Of a stretch of DNA of 64,000 bases, positions 1-14,084 are shown in pieces. This DNA comes from Saccostrea echinata. Lineage: Eukaryota. The notes beneath the pieces were generated by a model. It was not told the DNA's origin, did no database searches, and saw only the letters and a list, made by a program, of their open reading frames with translations. The DNA is taken from the NCBI RefSeq assembly GCF_033153115.1, contig NW_026889805.1, forward strand, positions 11,966,001 through 12,030,000. The letters are read 5' to 3'. Numbering within the stretch: the first letter of the stretch is position 1; the number at the start of each line of letters is the position of its first letter. Position numbers and translations under genes: made by a program.

Positions 1-3000
1 GCGGAACTCCAGTATAGAACCTAAACGTTTGATCTGCTTTCTAGCTCTCTCTGGCTTCAGACCAACGATCTGGAAAACCTGTTTCACGAACATATCACCG
101 TTTGCATAATACAGAGGTGAATTAAAGCCAATCACCTTTATTCCATACTGGGACTGTGTCTGTAATATATTTTAGATATATTCAAGTTAATTGTTATTAG
201 TGGTAGACACTGCAATATACATTTAATGTTTTCAAAACAACGCCTTTTCTTTTACCTTAATATATTTCTTCTCATCTGCAAACATTTCAACATCGGGTAT
301 CTTCTGCAGAGAAACTGCTTTGGCACTAAAATGTAATAAGAAAATGATAACGGACATTTTGAGGCAACAGATTAAACTTGTATAATAGAACCACATTATT
401 TTATCTGAAAGACTTACCATTGGGTTCTGACAACAACGGTAAGAAAAGAGAAGATAAGTCCAACCCAGAGTCCGAGGTCAACGTATAAAATGACTACCGC
501 CAGGAAAGTCACGACCCATATTACCTGTAATTATAATCAACTTATAAAATGACTAACGCAGGGAAAGTCACCACTTATATCACCTGTAATAATAATCAAC
601 GTATAAAATGACTATCGCCAGGAAAGTCAACTATAATTATAATCACTTATAAGTGACAACCCCTATAGGGACGTTACCACACACTTGAATTAGTTGTAAG
701 TTAAAAATTGTCAACCTAGGTACATCCGAGGGTGGCAATGGCTTTAATTTGAGGGGTGAAATTTTTTCTCTGTTACTCCCAACGTTTTAAATTATTATCA
801 GCTTATAAAAATAATTATAGCAAATAACTGTAAATTTAATCATTTGTAAAATAAAAAGCGATAGGAACGTAAACTCTCAAATTCTTTTAATTATGATTAA
901 CAAATAAAATAAAAGTATGTTCACTTATCACCCATTCTAGCCCAATCTTAATCAAAAGATATTTGCAGAAAATGAAAATCTCATTAGAATATCTTTATTT
1001 TGCATTGGTTGATTCAAGATGTGGTTCATGCAACCTGTGCAAAATATAATTCTAATAATCATTATCATCATAAACTCTGATGAAATACTTCGTAACCTTT
1101 TGAGTTTATCCTTGTAATTTGCATAACTTTGTATATTGAAGTAAAGCAACGAGATTAAAACAAGTTTTAAACATGATGTAAAATGATTCTTAATATACAG
1201 ATTTGATATACTCTCTAGATTTGAAAAAAAAAATGGAAAAATGGGGAAAAAACTAATAATGATCAGTGTATATCAGCATCTGAAACCACCGTATGTTGTT
1301 AATACATCAGTATATATTTACTACACCACAGTGTTTGATATCATTTGTCACATGAAATATGCAACAGGTGTAGGTAACAGCGATATTACTTTTACTGTTC
1401 ATTCTCGTGACTGTACAATCTACAGCTCATCAAAAACTGACGGAACAAGTCTGCATGCATACATGTACAGTAGCCATAAATAAGGACAACTAAAGATAGT
1501 ATAAAGTATAAAATAAATACATCCATTCAGTTTTTGAAATACAGGGACTTTGAATATTTTATACGTATTTACTTACACAATCATATTTGGAAACTTTCCA
1601 CAGCTGCTTCAACTCCAAAATCTGAAGAAACATGCTCCTTAATGCCACCATTATGATCGAGGACAGAACGCACTATAAAACAATTCAAAGTTCATAACAG
1701 CAAGTCAAAATAAGAATAATGTATCATACTTTTAAATTATATAATAAAGCTGACTTTAATCTATAATACTTACATTAGGGAGAGATTCAAACAAAGGACC
1801 AATTAAAAGTATCACAACCAATACCAAAGAGGCAGAGAACACACTTGTAAGCTGAAGAAATAATCAGAAGTTAAATATCAGATAAAAATTACTGAAAAAA
1901 AGATTTTCAGCACAAACGTATGTACAAAAACCAAAGAGTTATTTTCTGAGTAGAGAGCGTTTGTAACCATACCTGGGTCCTTCCACCAGCGGAGTCTTGT
2001 ACAGATGACCTAGATACAGAAGCTGCAAACGGATAACAAGAAAAGAAAGAACCAAAAATATTTCCGGCACCATATGCAATCAGCTCCTGGTTCGAGTCCA
2101 TGGGGTAATTGTGTTTCTTTGCCATCAAAGCAGCTAGCGAAACCGACTGAGCAAAGGCGACAATTGCAATGATAATAGCGTCACTGATATGTTCAAAAGC
2201 ACTCTTCAGATTTGGAATTTTGGGTTCTGGCAATCTAAAATATTCAAACGTTTTGAAACACGTATTTGTTAATTCCTTTTTAAATTTCTGAAATGCATAA
2301 TAATACTTTAACGAACGCGATTTCTAGACTCACCCTGCTGGGATTTTTCCGACAATTTTAACATTGTACTCGGTGTGGAAGTTAAAGAAATACGACAAGA
2401 GAGTCCCGGCTACAACCTGTAGAAGAAAAAAAAACCCATATACTACATACTAGTATGCAACGTAAAAGACTATGAATACTCACCCCCTGTATTCTGACTT
2501 GCAACGAGTTAGTTTGCCATAAATGTTTACATCTAGTAAAATACCCGAATTGAAACAGATGTGTATTAGTGGTGTCTATTATTTCAATTTCATAAAAGAA
2601 ATTATTAAAAAAATGATACTCACCACAAAAAGTTCAATAGGAATAGGAATCTTAAGCTTGTGCTTAAATCGGTGATTAATTTGAACCTTGACAATGTACA
2701 GTATCACCATGCATATAGCCGAAATAATGACTGTGACGTAGTTGGTCTTGGCTATGTTTTCGAAGATTGCTTTGTATGTCTGAAAAAAGAAAACAACATA
2801 TTAATTCATAATTACGTCTTTGGTTCTATTTAAAGAGACTGTGTAAAAAGAATGTTTGAAGTCCACTTACGTAAATGATTTGGAAGAGATTGGGGAATCT
2901 GGGTATTTTTAATCCGAACACGTACTTGACTTGACTGGTGAAAACATGAACTGCAGCCCCTGTGGTGAACCCACTGACTAGAGGGTCAGACATGTAGGTA

Positions 3001-4169
3001 GTCACGAGTCCAAGTCTACAGACACCGAATATAACCTGACAACAGAGATCTCCATTATAACATAACTGCAAGTCAATGGAATTTTCGTGATTACAAAACT
3101 GAACAATTTAAGAAATTTACCTGAACAACCCCGACAAGGAAGCACATAGAAGAAGCAAGAGCTAGTTTCTGCATAATGAAGTCGTCCTCGCTGGAAGAGC
3201 CTATAGTGGGGATTACCGGGGCCAGAGTCAGGGAGTGATTACCCTCCGTGTCGTTGAGGTATGTATCGTTAGGAGTAAAACTCGTGGGCGTGACAGAGTT
3301 TGAGTTTAGTGGTGAAATACTGGATACGACTGAACCAGTCATCAAACTGACCACAGCTACCGTTCCTGAAGAAAAACAACAGCATATGCTGAGTTAGATG
3401 CTTTGTTTCTAAAAAAAAAATCTCTGCTCATGAAATTATCTGCAATATTATACTTGAAAATTAAAAGATATGCTTTTAAATACTAGTATATTGCACACCA
3501 ATTTTATTAATTCTACAAATTCTTTCTTGAGGCAAAAATGTTGGATATGTAGTTGGATATTTCATCAAACTAATTTTCTGAGCAAATTCGTTCTGTCTCT
3601 ATTACATACCCATTGATATATGCCGAGATGTACCAAAGAAAAAGTAAATCAGAACGGGAAAGAAAGCCATATACAGCCCTACAACAGGAGGCATATCTGC
3701 TAACATGGCGTAGGCCATTCCTACAGGAAAATTGAATTTTAGTATTAAACATTTTATGGTAAGACAAAAATATAACGGTTAAATAGCAATAGACGTGCAG
3801 CTGTTGATGATGTATGTATAATAGATTAAGGTGAATTAAAAAAATACCTTGTGGAAGTTGCATAATGCCGACTGTAAATCCAGCAATTACATCATTAGGT
3901 AAGTCTGTTTTTATTTTGTACTTTCTGTAAATTCTCAAAAAAGGTAGGACTTTTTCTACACATTTTTTCTTGTTGGAACAATTAACCAAATTCTTGGCCG
4001 ACTTTTTACACTTTTCAGCAAAGGTCAGTTCCGGTTCTTCCTTGCGGTATTCCTTCCGGAAAGCTGAGGTGTGATAGAGTTCGTCCTTTTTGTCCGCGGA
4101 GTAATTTTTCTCCGAGTTTGTCAATTGATCAGGGGGAATGTCCCCTATATTCAATCTAAAAGTGCTCAT
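1..4169 (-). CDS. SLC26/SulP family anion exchanger (prestin/SLC26A-like), 3'-partial; exons 3848-4169, 3610-3720, 3121-3365, 2871-3035, 2624-2779, 2334-2416, 1973-2234, 1774-1851, 1577-1672, 418-524, 256-325, <1-159
   Basis: All introns GT-AG and phases join into 618 open codons. Family motifs: [98 protein letters not shown], and STAS-domain start [13 protein letters not shown]. Exact SLC26A orthology cannot be assigned by eye. Confidence 0.95.
478..650. repeat. ~59-bp tandem repeat (about 2.7 copies) overlapping the acceptor and 5' half of SLC26 exon 418-524
   Basis: Units begin tcaac(g/t)tataaaatgacta.cgc..ggaaagtca at 478, 537 and 596. Confidence 0.85.
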
Positions 4170-7100
4170 TTAGCTTCTTTTTTTTTACCAACAGGCAGTC
4201 ACTCTAATGAAGAATAGAATGCGGTCGATCTGCAAAAAGAAATTGCACTGCTTTGACAAAGTATTTGATTTTGTTAGATACAAGTGATTATTCTGGATCG
4301 AGGCCCTCACCTGTTGAGACTAATTGATCTGATGGATTAAGCGTTTCCTCGCAGCATGGACTCTGTGTGTATTAGTGAAATGGAGAAAATATAGTGAAAC
4401 TATTTTAATGAACGTTTTGATTTTTTTGGTTTTATATACTCTTACAGATTTTGACAGGAGTACACATATGACGAAGACGAGGAGTTTAATTTCAAAACAA
4501 ACTTACCACAAAAAAGTTTTTTTTTTTTAAATGTGCTTTTTCAATTCATGACTGGTTTGTTTACAAACATTACCTGTGTTTATACCAGAAGGAGCTACGC
4601 ATTATGTAATTTTTAACAAATGCCTAAAAGCAAACAGTTATTGGATACTTTATTTTTGTAAGCTGATAGTATGTATCCAAAGGATATCTAGTAACAGAAT
4701 CACGTATAGTAAACAAACTCTGTATTAAATGAATTCCATATTCAATATTTCTTTTGATCTATTCTATTTATTTTACTATCTGAAAATTGGGAAAATTGAG
4801 TTTTCCCTTAGTTTTTAAATGTTTTTAAATGCTGACCGACTTTTTGATTTTCGAATATGAATATATACCCATGTCTCTTTTTTAATTATCTATGTTCTGA
4901 AAACTTAATATATTGTTAAAATCATGCGATCAAAATGAGAAGGAACTTCATCTCTTTTTTTAACAAAGTACGGCATGTGTAGTTGTTGAAGTCTTGGTCA
5001 GAAAGGTACATTACATAACTTTTTGTGTTTAATTAATGTTTTCCTTTGAGAGGTTTACAATGTGTAGCAAACGACATTTTAATGGTTCACTTCTATGCAT
5101 ATTCATATACAAGGAGACGATTATCTTTTGAAAAAAGGTAATATCATTATTATAAAGGAAAACTTTGGATTAAAATTCTATTTTTTAAATTTGAAAAAAA
5201 AAATTAATTCAAAGACCTGAGAAAATTTCAAATTATGCATGCGCAACAACTATGAAATTTCACCTTTGTTCTGAGAATTTCATTTTGCAATAAATTTACT
5301 ATGATAATCAAATAAGTTTGTATTCATCTCCTGTTTTCCCCCCTAAGACAGTATTAAGATCAAGGCTGTTAGATTTTTTTAATGACTTAATTATTTTTTT
5401 AACCGAATCAAATGGGTTTTTGCAAAGTTTTTAAAATTCTTCTGATGATTTATCTTCTATGATATTGAACATTCTTGTATCTAGTGTTTTTCACGGCAGA
5501 GAGGAAAACAGTGTATAGTTTGACATGAATGATTATTCAGGTGTTCAAATTTGAATTAAAAGAAATAAGCGTCGTGCAGTCAATTCTTTTATTTTTATTT
5601 AATAACTTAACAAAATCTATAATTAATGATTCTTAAAACAATGAACTTATGTTGTGTTCTAATACAATGTAGCAAGCATATTGACAAAGAAAAAAAAACA
5701 ATGTTTATTTATTCAAATTCTTTTATATGTCATCCTGCAATATTCTACTGGACCATGAATCAAAAAGAAGGTTATGACATTTAATATTATTTTGTAAAAT
5801 AAAATCGATGTACGTCATTGTTGACACAAAAGATGCACAATAATGCTCTAGATGATATGATGATTCCCTACATGCAGACCACGTTTAAGTTTTTTGTTTG
5901 TTTATTTGTCAGCTGAAAGTGATCTGAAATCAAATGTCGTCCTGCTTCCGACAACAATCTGCCTCCTTACGCAGGTCTGATGCGCTAAATGCGTGCATGG
6001 TGCACAGCATCTAATTTCAACGTCGTTTGAAGTAATTGGACAATGAAACCGCTTACAAGTCTCATTCTGAAAAAACAGCTTCTTCGGATTATATATATTT
6101 ATGCACATAAAAGGATATAAAAAAAATTACCCGAAGTAGTATGGTCACCCAAGTCGTGATCTAATTAACCAATGATAAAGTATATTTTGTTACAAAAAAT
6201 TACCTTGAAGAAGTAAAATGGTGACACTGAAGACGCAGTCTAATAAACAAACGATATCATACATTTTGTTACAATTATAACCCCTTATGATTATGACGTC
6301 AATGACATGCACTTAAGACATAAATAAGACTGTAAAACAATTGGCCGCATTTCCCAAAACATTTCTTTTTGGTAAGTGATAGATGCACACACAGTTAAAG
6401 GTCATTCTTTCTAACAATGATCCTTAATATTCAATCAATTATTCAGAAATAGACACTAACAAATGATCAAAGAAATTTTTTAGGTGAAAATGTGAATATA
6501 CAATAACTCGGAATGTTACAATATTTGTGCGAGCAATCAGTCAAATATATTGATTTAAGGAAACTGGCACAGTGACACGTTTACGAAATTATTTGGGTAC
6601 CAAACTATATTTCATCTCCTAAATTATGAGGTACGTTTTACACATGATTACTGAGACTGCTCAAAAAAGGTGACACTTACTTTTTTCGTTTGTGTTTATG
6701 AATGTAAAACCACGGAACACCTGTTTCCATGCTTATGAGTTAGAACACCGCATGTTTTCTTGTTTCATGTGAGGTTTTAGCAGCATTCTTCTCTATACAA
6801 AACTAAATACTGGTCACATCGACTGACAGTCCAACAAATAATATTTCACAAGAAAAAGAGTATTTTTAAAAGAGAGAAAAAAATCCATATTTCACAAGCT
6901 GTTGAACTTGCAATATTTTGAGGCCGACACTGCCTATCCCGAACAGTGAATTGCACTGTACCATTACACAACTTTGATGAAACATTTAATGTTTTAAATC
7001 TGTCTGTATGATTGATTACTAGGATTTTCAATTCGAAAATAATATCAATCAATTAAATTCAATCTTTGCATAAGAAAGTAGAGTAAGCGATATATATCTT

Positions 7101-8940
7101 GGGAATAGTTAATGCCCTTAAATCCTGAGATGGTAGAACGCGGTACATCTGATTAATATAAATGTTACTGTATGCAAAAAAAAGGCAGAAAACTGAATAA
7201 TTGTACGTGACCATGACTAAATTTCTTCAAACCGGAAAATGTAACGTCATCGGTGGTATTTGATATCAATGAAGTGTGTTATTTATTGAATCAATACGGA
7301 CAACAGTTGTAATACCAACAGGTGAGCGATCGATTATTTACTAGCACACTAATAAGTGAAGCAATGTTTCATTTACACTTCTGGAAATAAATTCATCAGT
7401 CTTTTTTAAAAATACTCGGTTATTGAAATTTAAAAAAATATAAATACTATAATTAGAACTTTAAGGAGGAAGTTGGTGTACACCCCAACACAAACTTATA
7501 CGCCATAATAGCCTGTAACTGTTAAATTAAATTAATTTCTCGGAAATGATGCTTCTTTTGTACTATCATTACTAGAAACAAGTAATAAAGCTTACGTCTT
7601 CATCTGACATCTTGATCACTCTGCGCAAAATTTATCCGCGCTAAATTTCAACAAAACCTTTTCCGAAAGTTCTCCGTTTTAAAATATTATCTTACCTTTA
7701 TATTCAAAAATCAATGAACTTTTCCTCGTAAACAAATTCAGTCTTTTATGAAACGGAAATATTCCAGCATATGCACATCATGATTTACAAAGATAAAAAA
7801 TTGTTAATTTTACAGTACCCTCCACGTACTTTCGTGGAGGTCCAGTTCATTTGACTAAGAATGGGGTCTGCCATTTTTATGCATAATTTCTCACTTATAT
7901 GCCATTGTATCATTAGAAGAAAAAATGCAGGTACAAATGACTCTGTCATCCGATAGGACAAAAAGAAATAGTAAGTGTTTTATATTCCGATAAAAAAATG
8001 ATTAATGTTTAGGAAGAAGTGTAAATTGGTTCACAATCAATAATACGTATTCAACATGCGTGTGAATGCCCGTGGGTTAAGTGCTGAACAGACTACTGTA
8101 CACGCTGAAAGATATATTTTATTACTTGCACAATTTGTTTTGTTATTAATAAATTAAGGTTATGTCAAGTCCGATTGTCAATGCGTATACAAGTTTTTTT
8201 TTATGCAGCCATTATAGTAAAATATTAGAAGAAAAGATTGGGAATTTCAGTTTCCTTTTTATTCTTTGGAATTCTGTGTCAGCAGATGTATATAATCATT
8301 TTCGTACGAACAAATATGCTATATATCATATAAACAATAATTCATGTTAACATTTAGAGGAGTGAACTAATTTGTTAACGGCGCTAAGACATGATAGGCC
8401 GCCCCGCTGTCCTTTGTTAGGGATGTTGACCAACAAATGGATGAAATCTGTCGACCTTAATACACTAGATAACAACTAAAAGCAGGAACGAATAAATTAT
8501 AGTGTATAGTGCAAGATTGATAATGGGCTTAAGATGGACTACTTGTCCTTGAGTCTGATGTAGTAAGTGACCTTGAATAATTACAGATAGAAAATATCAT
8601 ACCCTTTACAGACCTATTTTGCATTGTACAAATTTATACATGCAACGATTTCTAAAATCTTAAAATTTGGTGCAGTTCAATATGCATTTCCATCAATTTT
8701 GATGTATAATCATTGTCAAAGATTGCAAATTTTTTTTAGTATTCATTCTTAGACATTATTCTCGATATTTTTTTAGTAAACATTTTCGAAATACATTTTA
8801 CAAAACATTAAATTTGGTATGTTTTACAAATAATAATAAAGAATATTGTTCAGTCAGCAAATACAATATTTCATAAAGTCAAATGTTGACAATTTTCGTG
8901 CAAATTTTAAACCATTATTTCCACATTAAATTGTCTTTTG

Positions 8941-9112
8941 TTTTTCCGTTTACCCAGTCATGACAAGGTGACCGTCGGCAGGGGATGCATACTCCTCCAT
9001 GGCACCTGATCTCATTTAAGATGATTTTAGAGGTCTGTTTTTGCTGTGCTCCTAATTTGTATTGTTCCAGTGGACTGTTCAGCTTGGTTACTGTTCGTTA
9101 TCTTCATCTTTA
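8941..9112 (+). mobile_element. Solo 3'-terminal module of Penelope-like (Naiad-like) retroelement
   Basis: gtgaccgtcggcaggggatgcatactcctccatggcacctgatc...actgttcgttatcttcat matches the 3' ends of the RT-bearing copies. Confidence 0.8.
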
Positions 9113-9115
9113 ATC

Positions 9116-9185
9116 TGTGTGTATAAGTGTGTGTGTGTGTGTGTATAAGTGTGTGTGTGTGTGTGTATAAGTGTGTGTGTGTGTG
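9116..9185. repeat. Compound (TG)n microsatellite with TATAA interruptions
   Basis: Seen directly. Confidence 0.95.
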
Positions 9186-9334
9186 GTTTCAACGAACTGC
9201 GAATAAGTACCATAATTACTAAACTGAAAGAAATTTCTTTGAAATTCTTTCAAAAAGCTACTCCTCCTACTGTTTTGGTCCTATTTCAATAAAAAAAAAT
9301 GTTTTGTTACACAAGTAGACGTCACTAAGATACT

Positions 9335-10690
9335 TAATTCTGTATATCTGTGTTCGATTTTAATGAACACCGTTGCAAGGTTACTATAATTAGAACTTTC
9401 TTTGGTTCCAGTAGATATTCTACCAAGCCTCTTTTTTACTCCTCGCTTGAACATTAACAGCAGTGAAGGAGACACTTTAGGAGTACTGTACAACAATATA
9501 TTCAAGAAATGGTATAAATAAGATGTGGATACTTAAAAACTCCAAGGAACTTTTAGAAAATTTGAAATCACAAAATTTTGCCAAAATTAATAACATTAAA
9601 AGTTTTCAATACTTTATACAACCTTTCCCCACGATAAATTAAAGTCCAGGCTTTTTGCATCATATTTTTCAATAAAAATGGATCACGTAAATTTAGTTAA
9701 CTTGTCAGTGGTCATTTGCAGAATTATTTTGTTAAAACATTCTGATTGCAGAAATAACTACTCTGAAGTAGATATTAAAAAGATTCTTGAGTTTCTGATT
9801 GACAATGTCTATGTAGTTTTTGGAGATCAGGTCTTCCAACAATCTGTTGGAATTCCCCTGGTTACCAATTGTGCCCCGTTCTTTGCAGACCTATTTTTTT
9901 GTATTCATATGAAGCAGAATAAATTCAAACTTATACATGAGAAGAAGACACTTACATTGGCCTTCAACTCGACATTTAGATATACAGTATCTACGAGGTA
10001 TTATCAATTAAGAATAGTTACTTTCATTCATATGTCGACTTGATATTTCCAAGAGAGTGAACCTTGAAATAAATGATACCACAGAGTCTGACACATCTGT
10101 TTCTTATTTAGATAATTTAATAAAAAAGACATTAATAGTAACCTAAAAACAAAACTTCATGATAAACGTAATGACTTCAATTTTTCTATGGTCAACTTTC
10201 CTTACTAATAAAGCAAAATACCTTTATCACCTGCAAATTGGGTTTATATCTCCCAATTGAATTCAATACGCAAGAGCATGCATTACGTACGAACAATTTC
10301 CAAAACGCGGTAATCTAATGACAAACAAGTTGATGAAACAAGGATATCAACAGTCTCGTTTAAAGTCATCATTTCGCAAGTTCTGTGGTCGATAAAATGA
10401 CCTTGTCAGCAAATATAATATTATATCATTAAGTCGAATGCTGACTGAAGTTTTTTATACTAATTGTGAGGACATAATTTACATACTGAATTATCTACGG
10501 ATTGTTTCGTTGCCCGATCATGACAATGAGCACACGGCGTGTGTGACCGGTCAACAGGGGATGCTTACTCCTCCATGGTACCTGATCCCACCTCTGATGT
10601 TTTATAGAGGTCCGCATTTGCTCTGATCACGATTTACATTGTTTCAATGGACTTTTGAGCTTGATTACTGTTCGTAATCTCCATATTTTA
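9335..10690 (+). mobile_element. Degenerate 5'-truncated Penelope-like (Naiad-like) RT retroelement
   Basis: Frameshifted RT: MWILKNSKELLENL, LEFLIDNVYVVFGDQVFQQSVGIP, AFNSTFRY, followed by the shared 3' module. Confidence 0.85.
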
Positions 10691-10976
10691 ATTCAATAAA
10701 GCAAGAAAACCTGAAGTTACATAATTCTGTGAGTGTGAACCTAAAAAATCTTCATCTTTTACATTTCAAATCCAGCAGATTTTTTCTGTTCCGCAATTGT
10801 ATGTACTAAATAGGTTTCAAATCCACATTCTCCTCCTTTATTATAGTACAAACCAGTAGAATCTCCTCAAAGACTTCGACTTTAGTTTGCATTACATCAG
10901 ACGCCAAGCAAAATGCTTACTTTTTAGCACCAATACACTGAACTGCGTTTTTATATTTCAATAATTATTAAAGACT

Positions 10977-11157
10977 NNNNNNNNNNNNNNNNNNNNNNNN
11001 NNNNNNNNNNNNNNNNNNNNNNNNNNNNNNNNNNNNNNNNNNNNNNNNNNNNNNNNNNNNNNNNNNNNNNNNNNNNNNNNNNNNNNNNNNNNNNNNNNNN
11101 NNNNNNNNNNNNNNNNNNNNNNNNNNNNNNNNNNNNNNNNNNNNNNNNNNNNNNNNN
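10977..11157. other. Assembly gap
   Basis: Run of N. Confidence 1.
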
Positions 11158-12154
11158 AATCGACAGACAGGAACTTTATGTGTCAAATGATATATTAATC
11201 AACTGTGAAAAAAGCACTTACCGATACCTTCAATCAAAAAGGTGTATATGAAGTAAAGTTATCCAGAACAAATCAAAGACTTAGTAGTAGTAGCATTTTA
11301 ACACGCTCTCTATTAGCTTTCCCCGTTCAGCATGAGAATTCACCACAATTAAGCAATATACGACTAAAGTTTAACATAACATCAGTGTTGCATACAGACA
11401 AATTAATTGCATTACAAAACTGATAAAAACAGTCTAATTTCACAGGAAATTAGTCTGATATTGCGTTACTTGCATGGATATGAAAGGCTTCAAGTACATG
11501 CAAAATTTTAAAAAAAAAAAAAGCTAATTTTTTTTAAAAAAATTATTACTAATAGTTAAAATTGTGAAAGAAATGAATAAAATTAAAATAAAAAATAATA
11601 ATCTTGCTACAAAGGAATTTATTTTTCTTGATTTTCAAAGACATATTATTTAATTATTAGATTTTCCATATTGCAACATAATTTTGTTTTACAGAAAGAT
11701 AATCAGATGCAGAATAAAGTGTTTGACAATTTATGAGATGCATGTGATTTTCAACTCACCGTGAACCTTGTCGTGCCCTAGAGAAAAGTGAAGAACCACG
11801 ACCTTTTGTATCCGGCCTGCTTTCTCATGACGTGGAACTCTCGTCACCACCGTAACATAATTAACAACAGGTAAACATGCATTTCTTCATGTATGCTCTT
11901 AAAATAAACTAGATAAACTGGCTTTTTAATTAACAGAACTTGGGTAAAAAAAAAAACCCAGAGAGAATTAGAAGAAACACACGCAGAGTACTAATTAAGA
12001 ATCTTATTTCCATTTGTAGATTTATTACATTATTTTTTACCTAAGAAAAATAATTTTAGACACAATTGTATATTATAATATTTTATAATAAATTAAAACT
12101 CTCTACATGACATTTACTTCCAAAAAAATCCATATTTTCTGTACGATTTCTATG

Positions 12155-12368
12155 TACCGTATAAGCAGGATTTTTAGCGTGGATTTAATTTTGGCATTAT
12201 AAGCGAGGGTTCTGAGATCGCTGATTTGAATGTATTCCCTATCGGTTGTTATTGCTATCTCTCTTAACATTATAAAATCACTAAATTTACTTCTCGCTAA
12301 GAATATATGCATTTTTTTGGGATAAAACGATGAATTTTCGTCTCGTTAAAATTTCCACTTATACGGTA
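12155..12368. mobile_element. MITE with TA-flanked TIRs (Tc1/mariner-type)
   Basis: taccgtataag ... cttatacggta inverted ends, no ORF. Confidence 0.7.
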
Positions 12369-12557
12369 TTAATACATAATACATGTACCTAATATTCTGG
12401 AAAGAGCGCAAAATATGATATTTAGTATTTAAATAATGCATTGGTAAAACTATACTCGGCAATCATCTATCGTTTTTCAGTTCTTCAGATCGAGGGCTTT
12501 ATTTTCGAAACTACATATAACAACTAGGGGAACTGTGAGATGGGTACCCAAGAAATG

Positions 12558-13590
12558 AGTATCAGTAACATAATAACTTACGACTTTTCAACTCTGTCTA
12601 CAACCATTCCCCACGATAAATTAAAGTCCAGGCTTGTTGACATCATTGACAGCTGCTTTTTCAATAAAAATGGAACTCGTAAATTTGCTTACCTTGTCAT
12701 TAATCATTCGCAAAATTATTTTGTTAAAAACATTCTGATTGTACATACAAGTACTCTGAAACTGATATTAAAAAGATGCTTAAGATTCTGATTGACAATA
12801 TCTATGTGATTTTTGGAGATAAGGTCTTTCAGCAATCTGTTGGAATTTCCATGGGTACCAATTACGCCCCTTTGTTAGCAGACCTATTTTTGTATTCATA
12901 TGAAGCAGAATTTATTCTTTTACATGAGAAAAAGAAATCTCTTGCTGTCGCCTTCAACATTTAGATATATCGACGACGTATTATCAATTAACAATAGTTA
13001 TTCATTTGTCGATACGATATATCCCAGAAAAAGACGTTAATGGTAATCTAACAACAAAGCTCTATAATAAACGTGATGACTTAAACTTTTCAATGTCAAC
13101 TTCCCTTATTTATGCATCAATATGCTCTAATCACCTGCATATGGGGTGTATATCTCTCAGTTAATTCGATACGCAAGAGCATGCTCTACGTATGAACAAT
13201 TTCTTAAACGAGGTAAGTTTATTGACAAACAAGTTGATGAAACAAGAATATCAACAGTCTCGTTTAAAGTCATCATTTCGTAAGTTCTGTGGTCGATCCA
13301 ATGACCTTGTCCGCAAATACAATCTATCATTAAGTCATATGCTGACTGACGTTTTTCATACTAACTGTTAGGACATTATTTACACATTGAATTGTCTATG
13401 GATTTTTCCGTTTTTTACCGATCATGACTAGGAGCACACGGCGGGTGTGACCGTTCGGCAGAGGATGCTCACTCCTCCATGGCACCTGATCCCAAATCTG
13501 TTTTTGGAGGTCCGTGTTTGCTCTGCTCCCGATTTGTATTGTTTTATTGGACTTTGAGCTCGAATACTGTTCGTTATCTCCATATTTCAC
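12558..13590 (+). mobile_element. Degenerate 5'-truncated Penelope-like (Naiad-like) RT retroelement
   Basis: TYDFSTLSTTIPHDKLKSRL (RT motif A), QQSVGISMGTNYAPLLADLFLYSYEAEF (motif B), RYIDD (motif C), shared 3' module. Confidence 0.9.
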
Positions 13591-13628
13591 TCAATACTAT
13601 TGAAAAATGGCAGTGTCTATGTTTTGCT

Positions 13629-13862
13629 ACTAGAAACCCGTAATATGTGCCCGATCAGAAAGTAAAATAGGAGGTGCACAATGACACTATGTTACAAAGA
13701 TTCTGTGAAAGTATCATTAAATTTTGTGCAGTTGTATAAGAGGCGTTGCGGATAAGAGATGTATTCTTCAAAGCGTAACAGAGATGTGCAGACAGAAGGA
13801 CGGGCGGATGGACGGACACCTCACTATACACCCCCCTCTTTTCAAGCGGGGGTTTAATAAAA
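13629..13862. mobile_element. Short Helentron/HINE-like non-autonomous element
   Basis: actagaa start, (GACA/GACG)-like microsatellite at ~13790-13818, terminal hairpin cccc..tttcaagcggggg then A-run; same layout as 44279-44980. Confidence 0.45.
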
Positions 13863-14084
13863 GAATCAAGTGTCTTTTCACACATCCTTATCCAATAAAT
13901 AAAGACATTTGCAAAATATAGCGCGTAGAGGTAAAAAGGTCTTTCTAAGTTGATGTCTGTGAACATAAGAAGACATTTCACAACACATACCGGTACATTT
14001 TGTTGTAAATTGTGAACGAGGCTCATTACTCCAGCTTGCAATTTTTTTGTTTACTTCGGAACGGAATCTTTTTGTATCATTAAT

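Noticed and set aside
4229-4510. Possible non-coding 5' exon structure of SLC26 (acceptor at 4230-4231, gtaagt donor near 4506)
   Set aside because: Plausible but unsupported without transcripts; such motifs are common by chance.
7461-7490. Possible Kolobok-like terminus ttaaggaggaag
   Set aside because: No matching opposite end found.
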